NCBI RefSeq assembly: GCF_006345805.1 | Contig: NC_043011.1 | Span: 21,340,464 to 21,404,463, forward strand | Source: Octopus sinensis | Lineage: Eukaryota | Reading direction: 5' to 3' | Length of the DNA: 64,000 nt | Part shown: positions 12,278 to 24,238 of the stretch, piece after piece | How the letters are laid out: every line of letters starts with the position of its first letter | How positions within the stretch are numbered: position 1 is the stretch's first letter | Made by a program: the position numbers and the translations under genes | The notes under the pieces: model-generated | What the model was told of the DNA's origin: nothing | The model's input: only the letters and a program-made list of their open reading frames with translations | The model's database searches: none

Positions 12278-12278
<1 letters not shown>
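12137..12278. mobile_element. Short repeat fragment inside (TA)n with internal 15-bp inverted repeat
   Basis: Reverse complement of about 60031-60160. CTGTTGTGTCTGGGG (12196-12210) is inverted at 12264-12278. Confidence 0.7.
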
Positions 12279-12316
<38 letters not shown>

Positions 12317-12317
<1 letters not shown>

Positions 12318-12930
12318 GTACTGACACTGCAAAGACATTGTGGGTCGCTGTTTTATTGAATGCAGATTGTTCTGAGGTCTAAATTTTCTTTATTCCGACT
12401 GTAATATTCTTTAGTGACAGGTGTTTTGTTACAGGTGCCATTGTAAGATATTTTTATCCACCCCTAGATACCTGTAACATTATTCGTCATATATCGGGGA
12501 AACAGTCAAATCATTGATGGAGATGTCGCTAGTCTAGGTTATAGTTTTCCCCCCTTTTCACAACCATATAACATTTATCCTGACCAAACTCCAACCCTAC
12601 ATCCTTTGAGAATATTGTAACTAAGACAAGGCTCTTTTTCATCTCGTGAATATTGTTTACATAAAGTCCCAAGTCATCCACAAAGAGACTGAGTAATTTT
12701 GGTATTTCTGTTTCCTTGTGAACCAGTGAGATATCTTTCAGACTTCCTTAACATAAATGACAAGAGTTTTCCAGAAAGTATAAACAACATCACAAAGAGG
12801 CTGTCCCCTTGGAATATGCCTTTGTATTCTATCAGTGATAATACAGTCACTTTTTGTGTTTAATGTGATAATACAGTCATTCATTTTTATTTCAAGATTT
12901 CTTGCCAATAGAGGAAGGGCCACTTTCTAA
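12317..12930 (-). pseudogene. Non-LTR retrotransposon reverse transcriptase relic, R4/Dong-like (RLE-type) clade
   Basis: Minus translation LSLFVDDLGLY...FSKDVGLEFGQDKC...KRGK...YRYLGVDKNI...SAFNK..HNVFAVSV contains the (Y/F)xDD motif and the FG.DKC and YKYLG motifs; several stops and frameshifts. Confidence 0.85.
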
Positions 12931-13296
12931 CCCAGATCCAAGACTCTATGTTTGTATGAATGTGTGTTTTTCTCTTTCTCTTTTTAATTTAGAGTAACTT
13001 TTGAGCGGCCACCTAGTTGGTAGCAAAGAAAGTATCTTTTTTGTTCATCATCCTTTAAATCTTAAGAAGGTCTAGCAGAATTTTATAGCCCCAGACATGT
13101 ATGTATGTATGTATGTATGTATTCATGCATGCATGTATGTATGTATGTATGTACACTCATACTCACACATACACACAAAATGCATATGCGTGGATGCGTA
13201 TACGTATTAATGTACTTTAGACATAAATAGAAATACATTCAAACATCAACTCAAAATAATATACAATAAGCATATATATATATATTATATATATAT

Positions 13297-13344
<48 letters not shown>

Positions 13345-13526
13345 ATATTTATATACACACACACAGTGTACCAAATATATTTTAACAAGGGAAAAGTTTT
13401 AGAAATTATACATGCAGACATACTGACATATCTGAAGTAAATAAACACCCTTGACGATACCGTTTTATCTGTGAGGATAGTTCCTTATGCTTTAAGCATG
13501 TTAATATATTATAAATAAATAAAAAA

Positions 13527-13771
13527 AGAAATGCACCCCTTTAAAGCCTACCCAGGCTCATGGGCCCAGTTTCCCGGTTTCAATGTGTTCTCCAGCTGGA
13601 CGGGACGCCAGTCCATCGCAGCGTTACTCATTTTTGCCAGCTGGGTGGACTGGAGCAACGTGAAAGGAAGTGTTTTGCTCAAGGACATAACGCGTCACTC
13701 GGTCCAGGAATCGAAACCACAATCTTACGATCATGATGCCGACACCCTAAACACTAAGCCACGCGCCTCCA
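13527..13771 (-). mobile_element. SINE family V
   Basis: Near-identical to 170-421. Confidence 0.85.
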
Positions 13772-13795
13772 CGTTTATATATTATACACAAAGAA

Positions 13796-14240
13796 AAGGT
13801 GGCAGGCTTGCAGAATCGTTAGCACGCCGGGGCAAAATGCTTAGAGGTATTTCGTCCGTCTTTAAGTTCTGAGGTTAAATTCCACCGCGGTTGACTTTGT
13901 TTTTCATCCTTTCGGTGTCGATAAAATAACAGTTGAGCACTGGTATCGATGTATTCGACTTGCACCCTTCCCCAAATTGCTGGTCTTGTACCAAAGCTTG
14001 AAATCTATATATCATACTCAAAAAAATGGACTAGCTCGCATAATCCTTAGCACGCCGAGCAAAATGAGTAGAGAGAATTTCGTCCGTCTTAAATTTCTGA
14101 GTTCAAATCCCGCCAATGTCGACTTTGCCTGTCATCGTTTCGAGGTCGATAAAATAGGTAGCTGTTGAGCACTGGGGTCGATGTAATCGACTTACTCCCT
14201 CACCCAAAATTGCTGGCCCTGTGCCAAAATTTGAAACCAA
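13796..14240 (+). mobile_element. Two tandem SINE family N copies (about 13796-14005 and 14025-14240)
   Basis: Each has GCAGAATCGTTAGCACGCC...TCTGAG(G/T)T(T/C)AAAT...GACTTTG...GTCGAT. Confidence 0.75.
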
Positions 14241-14654
14241 TACGTCAATTAAATATTTGATTAAGTATTTAAGTGCATAAAATGACATTATTTTACTTCT
14301 AGAAATAATTCTTTCAAAAATGATGCGTTTATTTATCTTTGAGATCCTTGTGTATATACAGAACATTACGTGGATATCAAGTACTCACCAATGCACAAAT
14401 ATAAACAGTAGCATTGCATGCATACTTGTGTTCTACCATGACACAAACACCCACGAGAGTAAGGTGAACCCCTCACACACACACACATACATACACACAT
14501 CACTCAGCCATATATGCACACATCGACCTCCACTCCGGTCCCTTTGCACTGATTCACTGCTACTGACTTCGTACGCTGAGTACAATGTATAGGGCTGCAT
14601 GCATACGGTCAGCCAGGTTCCTGTTCCCAGGTCTTTCTTTGATGTCCGCAGTTA

Positions 14655-14819
14655 GGCGCAGGAGTGGCTGTGTGATAAGTAGCTTGCTTACCAACCACAT
14701 GGTTCCGGGTTCAGTCCCACTGCCTGGCATCTTGGGCAAGTGTCTTCTACTATAGCCTCGGGCCGACCAAAGCCTTGTGAGTGGATTTGGTAGACGGAAA
14801 CTGAAAGAAGCCCGTCGTA

Positions 14820-14863
<44 letters not shown>

Positions 14864-14903
14864 GTGTGTGTGTGTTGTGTGTGTGTGTGTGTTGTGTGTG
14901 TGT

Positions 14904-14951
<48 letters not shown>

Positions 14952-15135
14952 ACAACCGATGCTGGTGTGTTTACGTCCCCGTCACTTAGCGGTTCGGCAA
15001 AAGTGACCGATAGAATAAGTACTGGGCTTACAAAGAATAAGTCCCGGGGTCGATTTGCTCGACTAAAGGTGGTGCTTCAGCATGGCCGCAGTCAAATGAC
15101 TGAAACAAGTAAAAGAGTAAAAGAGTAAAAGAGAG
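14655..15135 (+). mobile_element. Complete SINE family C (tRNA head, CORE-like box, internal TA/TG microsatellite, (TAAAAGAG)n tail)
   Basis: GGCGCAGGAGTGGCTGTG...GGTTCAGTCCC...CTTGGGCAAGTGTCTTC...GACTGAAACAAGTAAAAGAGTAAAAGAG. Confidence 0.9.
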
Positions 15136-15139
15136 AGAG

Positions 15140-15430
15140 TTCACAAACGTCTTCCACGGTCTCTTGCTCTTTTACCCTCCGCACTTCCTGTCGGTGGTCT
15201 TGGGCGGTGATTCGTGATATATTCCGTGTCCAAAATATAATAGCTTTGTGGACTTGATTTTCGACAACAGGTATCTAGTATTGCAATATATATTACCCTG
15301 TCTTTCCAGCTTATCCTGCCCAGTCTACAAAAGTTCCACATCTCAAAGACATATCTTTTTATCCACAACGGTATTATGTTCAAGTTTCTGCTTCATAGAG
15401 CATAATTGGAATAATACAACAGATCACTAA
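15140..15430 (-). pseudogene. RTE-clade LINE relic, region C-terminal to RT
   Basis: Minus translation IIPIMLYEAET.. and FEMWNFCRLGRISWKDRV resembles LLYG.ETW...AFEMW.YRR.LRISW.DRV. Confidence 0.7.
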
Positions 15431-15519
15431 CCTCAATTTTAGTTGTAGAGTTATGACCTTGGGACGCAAAGATCTGTTCCATCCTTATGAATGTTGTTTT
15501 AGCTATATTTTTTATCGTT

Positions 15520-15935
15520 AATCTGTTTCAGTCATTAACTACGGCCATGTTGGGGCACCGCCTTGAAGGATTTTGGTCGAATGAATCGACCCCACTACTT
15601 CTATATTTTTTTAAAGTTTGGTACTTATTTTATCGGTCTCTTTTGCCGAACCGCTACGCTACGGGAACGTAAACACACCAACACCAGTCGTCAAGCCGTG
15701 GTGGATACAAACACAAAGACACAAACACACACACATTAATAGATAAATAAATATATATATATATGAGACAGGTTTTTTTTCAGTTTCCGTCTACAAAATC
15801 CACTCACAAGGCTTTGGTCGGTCCCGAGACTATCACAAAAGACACTTGCGCCAGGTGCCACGCAAGTAGTGGGGTTGAACCTAGAACCATATAATTGGAA
15901 AGCAATCTCCTTGCCACACAGCCACACCTGCGCCA
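15520..15935 (-). mobile_element. SINE family C
   Basis: Tail and head motifs present, ends CACAGCCACACCTGCGCC. Confidence 0.8.
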
Positions 15936-16687
15936 TATGTATTCTTTCACGGCTTCACAATGACATTCTTCATTATATTATTCGTGCTAAACACTTTGAG
16001 TGTTTTACACCCTTTATATTTGACCCCTTTTGTTTTGTCTTACAAATAACCTTTGACTCTGTCTTTTGTTTTTTAGAATCATATTTTGTGAGAATTTGGT
16101 TGTCACTTCGTTCTTTTATAACATCAACAATTTCTTGTAATTTTTAATAATCCAGTAAGCCTGTGTCATTAGCATATATATCAGGATATCAGAATATCAG
16201 AATAAATATCGAAACTAGCTTTGTATTTTTAATGTTTAATATCATAAAAGAAATATGCTAAGCGTTTTGATTAATGTATATTGTATGATAGCAGATGTTC
16301 CCAATATACATTCTTAAGCTTGAGCTTAATTCATGCATGCATGATTTCAACCAGGTGAAAAGTTTATACTAATGGACACCTGAATGAACATGGAATCCCA
16401 TTTACAGAAATCTCAATAAGGTAATGCAAGGTCAGGCGGTTAAGAAGTTCACAACGAAATCACTTAGTCTCTTGGGCAGGTGTCTTCTATAGTCCCGGGA
16501 TTTGTGTAAAGTTATTTTCATTGTAAACACTTTCTAAAGTATTTATTCAATGAAGAGAAGAATTAAATGGTACAAGGCTTTGGCCCGGAGCTCTAACGAT
16601 TCAGCTAATTCGCCTCAACAATGAACGTGTTGGTGACATATTTTAAGTACTAATTTGATAAGCTGTTATTGATAATAATGCTATATA

Positions 16688-16822
16688 TAGGCGCAGTAGT
16701 GGTTGTGTGGTAATAGCTTGCTCACCAACCGCATGGTTCCGGGTTCAGTGACACTGGGTGGCACCTTGGGCAAGTGTCTTCTACTATAGCCTCGGGCCGA
16801 CCAAAGCCTTGTGAGTGGCAAG
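16688..16822 (+). mobile_element. SINE family C, 5' part
   Basis: GGCGCAGTAGTGGTTGTGTGG...CTTGGGCAAGTGTCTTCTACTATAGCCTCGGGCCGACC. Confidence 0.8.
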
Positions 16823-16859
16823 GCAAGCATCTCAAGTCGTATACAATATTATTATAGGA

Positions 16860-17555
16860 AAGAATTCAAAGTCTTAGCTATTTCTGGGATATCCCCGAAT
16901 ATGGGATATTCCGTCATCAGAGACAAAAAATAGAAAAATAGGGAAAAGGAGAATGGTATATATTAATGAGATGACGACACAGAGGAAGGGGGCAAAAGAA
17001 TAAGGAGGTGGAGAGAAAGAAGCATAAAAGTTCATTGTTCAACTTTCCGAAGTTGCAGGAACAAGAGCGTGAGTCCTTAGGGGCAATCCTGCATAGATCC
17101 ATGAGCGTAACACCTTAGGTGCAATCCTGTGTAGATCCTTATAAGTTAAAATCCTAATAAAGTAGATATTCGGAGAAAAAAAGACGCGAACATATCATCG
17201 TTCAATAAGAGAATGGTAGCGGAGGTGGCTATTAAATGATAAAAGGCAAGCAAATAAAAAAATAGAAAGAGAGGTAGATAGAGTGATGGGCGGGGGTTAA
17301 GGATTGCCTTTAGGACAAAGGTGTGTGGTGTCTAAGAATTGTGCACGAGGTAAACGAGAAGATAAGAGAGAGGATGAGGAGGTAGAGGAAAAGAGGGTGA
17401 GTGCTATTCGTGTTGGTGGGGGTGAACTTACTTCTAGATTTATGAAAGAATTTAAAAGTGCGGTAGAATTTGTGCTCACACGTAGTGAAGGCCTCGTTGT
17501 ATTTATTAAGCAATTGTAGTGAGTTGTGGGTTAAAATTTTGAGGGCTTTTTTTTT
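16860..17555 (-). mobile_element. 3' end of a Penelope-like element: ORF tail, UTR and hammerhead-like motif
   Basis: Minus translation ALKILTHNSLQLLNKYNEAFTTCEHKF (about 17465-17550) matches the PLE C-terminal LLNK..E....CRH; HHR-like motif downstream at 16871-16924. Confidence 0.6.
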
Positions 17556-18034
17556 CGCAGTGTCCACAACTGGAGTGTTGCCCCTGAGTCCCACTGCGTG
17601 GCACCTTGGGCAAATATCTTTTGCTATGCTTCGAGTGATCAAAGTCTTGTAAGTGGATTTGGGACACGGAAACTGAAGGCAGCCCGTCGCATATATAGTT
17701 TCATGCTTTAAAGATACAATAATTAGGCAGACTTATATAATATACCATGTATCTCAATGCAATTTTTCAGGTCCAGTGCACATCGTTTGATGTATTTAAA
17801 ACCAGGATTTTGGTCTATGAGAACACATGAAAATTTTAAAAAACGAGAAGGAAAACGGGAAGGAAGTTGATGCAAATAGTGTAAAGAGAAGAAATAAAAG
17901 AAAAGGAGACCAAGATCTTCGTCCCGTTTGTAAAAATTATAATTAGTCTATCTAGTGCAAAATAACATAGTTGAGAAGAGGTCAAAGTCTCTGAGATAGC
18001 TACTCACTCCGGAGCGGGTGGTACATCTAGTTCG

Positions 18035-18480
18035 ACAAAAGAAACCTGTCCATATATTTGCATTTGCTAAAAATTTCTGATCTGAAATTAAGTAGCGTGG
18101 TAGATGTCTTGAACCTAAAAAATGCGGGACCTTTCAGCTACGCATGACTTGCATCTCTTTTATTCTTTTATATACGATGTAGATTTCTCCACGATTGTTC
18201 AACTGATTGCATGTAGTGTATAGCTGGTCTTATGATTCCATACATGGCTAGCCAACTTAGTGGTTTCTTTCTGTCAATGTATAGGAAAGAAGACTAGTGG
18301 TTTACATAGCGGTTTTTAAAATTGCCTTCCTATCAACCGACGAAATTTTCATCTCAATTACATCGTCTTGGAGCACTGCTGTAACTTTGGGTTCATAAAC
18401 AATTGAATTTATCAAAGACACCTGATCAAGCGAGCGCGCTTGATGATCTCGGCAGATACAACTGGGAGTCGGCTCCTGGT
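18035..18480 (-). pseudogene. Penelope-like element GIY-YIG endonuclease relic
   Basis: Minus translation SCICRD...SIVYEPKVT...ETTKLASHVWNHK...IVEKS...CKSCVAERSRIF...LLNFRSEIFSKCKYMDRFLL. Confidence 0.8.
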
Positions 18481-18613
18481 GTGACTTATGAGTAATATTG
18501 TCTTTCATGCATACATACATACATACATACATGCAATATATACAATACATACATACACACATACATAATACATACATACACACATATACATACATACATA
18601 CATACATACATGC

Positions 18614-18643
<30 letters not shown>

Positions 18644-18648
<5 letters not shown>

Positions 18649-19838
18649 AATAAAATAGAACATATGCATATATATAAACATATATGTACGTACCTACCTC
18701 TACATGTACATATACACGCATATATGTGTACAGGACACCAAAAAGACGTCAAACACATAGAGAGACGAAAAACATAGACACAAACCAAGGAACAGGACAA
18801 GCAAAAAAGAAAAAAAGAGATACAGGACAATAAGCACAACGAAAAATCCCCTTCTTCAGTCGCTAAGGTTTCATCTACTCTACGTTTCGAGGATAAAAGC
18901 GAGACGTATACTTCGAAGAAACTTCCTTCCTGCGAAAAGCAAATCAATTAAAATTCTGAGATCTTTTCGCAGAGGGGTAAAAAATGGTAAAAAAAGCAAG
19001 ACGGTAACGACAGTACAACATATAAACAGTAAAAAAAATTATATATAAACAGTTGAAAAATAAATATAACAGTGAGAGACAGGACAAGGAGAACAAGATA
19101 AGAAGGGCTGTTTACGCCAGACGAAAAAAGTAATGCAAACGCTGGATTATAGTGGACGACGAGAGAGAAAGAATGTCGACCAGTGGCCTTAGAAGGGGCG
19201 AGAAAAGACAGGATAGCAGTTACGACGGAAGTATCGTCGCAGATGGACGACGGGAATGGGGAGGAGGAGGAAGAGAGAGAAGAAGGGGAATGGTGCGAGG
19301 AGACCATGAAGAATGGTGAGGGGGAGAGAGAGAATGAAGAATGAGAGAGAGAGGAAGAGACAAGTTAAGTGAGGGAAAAAGGACGAAAAGGAATGGGAGA
19401 GAAAGAAAGAAAGATGCAGAGTCGCGTGAGAGTTAATATCAAGGCTAACTTGATAAACAGAACAATCTCACTTAATAGGGTGCGTGCGTTTAGTCGTATA
19501 ATATGTTAATAAAATAGAACATATGCATATATATAAAATATATGTACGTACCTACCTCTACATGTACATATACACGCATATATGTGTACAGGACACCAAA
19601 AAGACGTCGAACACATAGAGAGACGAAAAACATAGACACAAACCAAGGAACAGGACAAGCAAAAAAGAAAAAAAGAGATACAGGACAATAAGCACAACGA
19701 AAAATCCCCTTCTTCAGTCGCTAAGGTTTCATCTACTCTACGTTTCGAAGGATAAAAGCGAGACGTATACTTCGAAGAAACTTCCTTCCTGCGAAAAGCA
19801 AATCAATTAAAATTCTGAGATCTTTTCGCAGAGGGGTA
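18644..19838. mobile_element. Non-autonomous element with ~335-bp direct terminal repeats (pLTR-like), inside TA-rich repeats
   Basis: 18644-18977 is nearly identical to 19503-19838, enclosing a ~525-bp non-coding interior; a related diverged copy lies at about 26280-26530. Confidence 0.75.
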
Positions 19839-21774
19839 TATATATATATATATATACATACATATGTGCGTGTGTAATATACTACAAAGAAAAATAGGAG
19901 CAATTTAAATTTTATAGTATTTAACATATTATGCAATCTAAATACGACGTATCATTAGTGTCGACCTTCCATATTTATTCCCGCTTCTTACGTTGAGCTG
20001 AAATCCTGATGAGATGAAGTTTGCGTGTAAGTTCCTCAGAGATCGGTAAAGTAAAGCACAGATCCAGTACGGGAACAATATAGTCCACTGTTCCCCTCCA
20101 CCAAATTTCTACTAATTGCACCAAGGGAAGAGATTGCATAAAGAGCCGTTGATTGGTAGAATGGTAAGAGCAACTTTACCGTAGTTATTCCGCCCTTTTA
20201 TGTTTTGAGTTCAAATTCTGACGAGGTTAACTTTTCCTTCCATACTTTTTGGGGTCGATTTAATCGATGAATCCCTACGCCAAATTTCTGCTCCGCTCTT
20301 ATGTACGAAACAATTATTTGTTGTGTCATTAAAGATTGGATCTTTGGATGCCCTCGTGTTACATTTCTAGTCTTAGTTTAACAGCATTTAGGGTTTGTAG
20401 GGTAAAAGCCACTGATTTTATTTTACACTAGAATACAAACAAGACATTGCGATTGCAAGGTGTTGATTGTCTTAATTGTTCTTCTTTGTGATATGAAAGC
20501 TAAATGAAATGCATTGAAGAGTAAGTTAAAAGTAGCTCATGGGCTTATTTGTCATGATACTTGACACTCTCCAAGAGAGTGGACGAAAAAAATATATCAA
20601 TCGAAGAACTATCAGAAAGTCTATAAATATACAGTTAGCGGTTACATAATGAGAGAGAGAGAGAGAGGGAGAGAGAGAGAAAGAGAGAAAGAAAGAGAGA
20701 AAGAGAGAGAGAAAAGTGTAACGAAAATAGTGGAAACAAAGAAAAAAGTGACAGGTAAAAACTACAAAAAATCTTACCAGTAAAGAAAATTCTAATACTG
20801 CGAAAGATTTCAAAACAATGTGATTGCTTCTATTGAAAAATAGGGTAATTGGATAGGAAATAATAAAATAACAATAATCAATTTAGATATTCAAGCTATA
20901 TTCAAATATTCTCTATTTCCACGCGGCGCCGTTTGTCTCTATGTTTCTTTTTCGAAACCTAGTTTCAATAATAAAAACTAAAATCTGAAAAATTTGTTGG
21001 TAAAATATTCTGTCAATTTTAATCTATTGTAATTATATTATATAATCCGTAATTTTTTACAATCTGTATAATTACATAACTCAATGTAAGAACACGAAAT
21101 GTTTTTGCTTATTTCTTTTAGATTCTGTATTACATTCCCATCCATGCTTGGACGGTCTATTTGTATAATTGTTTTCCTATTTGTCAGCCACTCAGTAAAC
21201 CCTTTCCCATTTTTGGAAATAGGATCGATCGGTGTGAGTGGTACCTCATGACGCTTCTCCCAGTGCAACGTAGCCGATTCCGAGATTTAATAACTGATCT
21301 CTTTACATCACTGGTTCAATAGTTACTGACACCAGAACGATGTCCTGGGCAGGATTTGCACTCAAATTGCAGAGAGCACTTCATCTGACGCTCGATCCTA
21401 CTCTGCCAAATTCGTTACACAAATTCATGAAAATTATTTGTTAGCGAATGTTCAAGCAGCGAACACACAGAATAGGTGGAACATCCGACTAAATGCTTCT
21501 GCAGGATTCAGTTAGGTCCCTTTACGTTTACATTCTGCATACAGATTCCGCCAGGGTTACAATCACCTTTCTCCCCACCGGGATTGAAAAAATAAATAAT
21601 AAAAAAAAAGATTATTTCCGGTCAATTTCTTTCGACTATACCCAACACCAACTATTACACATTCGATGTGCCCAGAGGTTTGGTTACTATTTCTAACAGT
21701 AGAGACACCGTAGAGGATCGGTTCATCGTTGGCAAGTATTTCATTGTGATATGTAAGATGTAAGTTTGAAATTG

Positions 21775-22014
21775 CTTTTTATTTCTTTCAGTCATTGGAC
21801 AGAGGCCATGCTTGGGCACCACCTTGAAAAATTTTTAATCGAACGAATCGACCCCATTAGTCTTTTTAAGCCTGGTATCTATTCTATCGGTCGCATTTGC
21901 CGAACCGCTAAGTTACGGGGACATAAAGAAAGCATCACCGATTGTCAAGCAGTGGTGAAGGACAAAAACAGACTCAAAGAAACACACACACACATACACG
22001 CTCACATATGTATG

Positions 22015-22073
<59 letters not shown>

Positions 22074-22266
22074 GCACACACAAACACATACACACATATA
22101 TACGACGGGCTTCTTTCAGCTTCCGTCTACCAAACCTACTAACAAGGATTTGCTTAGCCCGAGGCTATAGAAGAAGACGCATACCCAAGGTGCCATGCAG
22201 TGGGACTGAACCCGGAACCATGTGGGTGGGAAGCAAACTTCTTACCACACAGCCACACCTGCGCCT
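21775..22266 (-). mobile_element. SINE family C, near complete
   Basis: Head through tail match 14655-15135. Confidence 0.85.
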
Positions 22267-23037
22267 ACAAATATTAGGATTCACAATTAGAAATTTCCAA
22301 TAGCATACTTTCCCGTTCACTTTAAAAGATATATATGATTGATGAAATCGATTTCAGCACTTGATTAGTATTTACTTATTTTATCGGCACCGGCGGATGA
22401 AAGGTAACGTCAATCTGGGCGGGATTTGAACTCAGAACGTAAAGAGGCTAATGTAACTAATTATCGCAAAGGTTTCATTTATAAGTCACACGGTTCCATC
22501 ATTAGTTTTCTAAAACATGGCAGAATATTGACATTATTATCGATAAAACATTAATTGATTAAAATAGTGGCTTCAATATAAACAGTCGTTTGTTGATTGA
22601 ATATTTATCATGCAAATTTGTATTTGCATTAGACACATTAAAATTTTCGTTTTTTTTTTTCGAAACTTAATATTTCGGACGTTAATTAAAATTATTTTTT
22701 CCTTATTTTCTTTATTTAATTTTCATGGCAGATTTTACTTCGTTTTTAATTTCAAACTTATTTATCACAATGAAATAATTGCCAACGAGAACCGATCCTC
22801 TACGATGTTTCTATTGTTAGAAATAATAACCAAAATCTTTTGACACATCGAATATCTCTCTCCCCCTCTCTTCTCTCTTCCTCTAAATTGGATGCCTCAC
22901 GCTATGGGAAGAATTGTTGGTGTGATCTACCACATACACCGCACCCACTTCTCCTTAAATGTAATAGTGTTGAATGAGGCACTAGTAACCTCGGCTCATA
23001 CATACTGTCTATCGTTTATTGTTTACATGTTTTAGTC

Positions 23038-23091
<54 letters not shown>

Positions 23092-23094
23092 ATA

Positions 23095-24165
23095 AAATAT
23101 AAGAGAGTGGTCACTATATGGCTCACTCTAGCACCAGTTAATCCAAAAGGTTTCAACCACAAAAATACATGTTTCCCATGAAAGTCAGTACGATTGTTAG
23201 CTCACACGGACAGGGCAAATAAAAAATAACAAAAATACAGATTATTTTGGGACAATTGTTTCGCTATTAATGAATTAAATGTAACTTAAATTACATTTAA
23301 TTCATTAATACATTTAATTCATTAATAGCGAAACAATTGTCCCAAAATAATCTGTATTTTTGTTATTTTTTATTTGCCCTGTCCGTGTGAGCTAACAATC
23401 GTACTGACTTTCATGGGAAACATGTATTTTTGTGGTTGAAACCTTTTGGATTAACTGGTGCTAGAATGAGCCATATAGTGACCACTCTCTTATATTTATT
23501 TTGTAAAAATATTATAGTATATAATAAAATATTATAATAATCCAGGTTTCTCGGAGCACTAGGCCACTTGGTGGAGAATAGATATACTATTAAATTAGTA
23601 TCTAATTCTCTCACCCTTATTAATTAATTATAATTATGCTGCATTTATTTCTAAATGCTGTATTTGTTTTCCGTGAAAATTTGGCACGCTGTTAGTTGGG
23701 GCATTTGAATTATAACGTCGGATGTAATCAATTGAACCACACGCGTATTTATCATTATGGTAAAATCTGGCGTGTGATTGAGTGGATTTCATCCAGATAG
23801 TTTTGGCTGAGGAGCTACAAGTGGATTTTTTGTAAGTAAAATTACATTTAATTCATTAATAGCGAAACAATTGTCCCAAAATAATCTGTATTTTTGTTAT
23901 TTTTTATTTGCCCTGTCCGTGTGAGCTAACAATCGTACTGACTTTCATGGGAAACATGTATTTTTGTGGTTGAAACCTTTTGGATTAACTGGTGCTAGAG
24001 TGAGCCATATAGTGACCACTCTCTTATATTTATTTTGTAAAAATATTATAGTATATAATAAAATATTATAATAATCCAGGTTTCTCGGAGCACTAGGCCA
24101 CTTGGTGTAGAATAGATATACTATTAAATTAGTATCTAATTCTCTCACCCTTATTAATTAATTAT
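23095..24165. repeat. Fold-back plus direct duplication block
   Basis: 23095-23285 is the reverse complement of about 23311-23497, and about 23311-23633 is repeated at +534 (about 23845-24165). Confidence 0.9.
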
Positions 24166-24193
24166 ATATATATATATATACATACATATATAA

Positions 24194-24232
<39 letters not shown>

Positions 24233-24238
<6 letters not shown>

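Noticed and set aside
23095-24165. Repeat-spacer-like pattern suggesting a CRISPR array
   Set aside because: The context is eukaryotic, there are no regularly spaced short repeats with unique spacers, and no cas genes.
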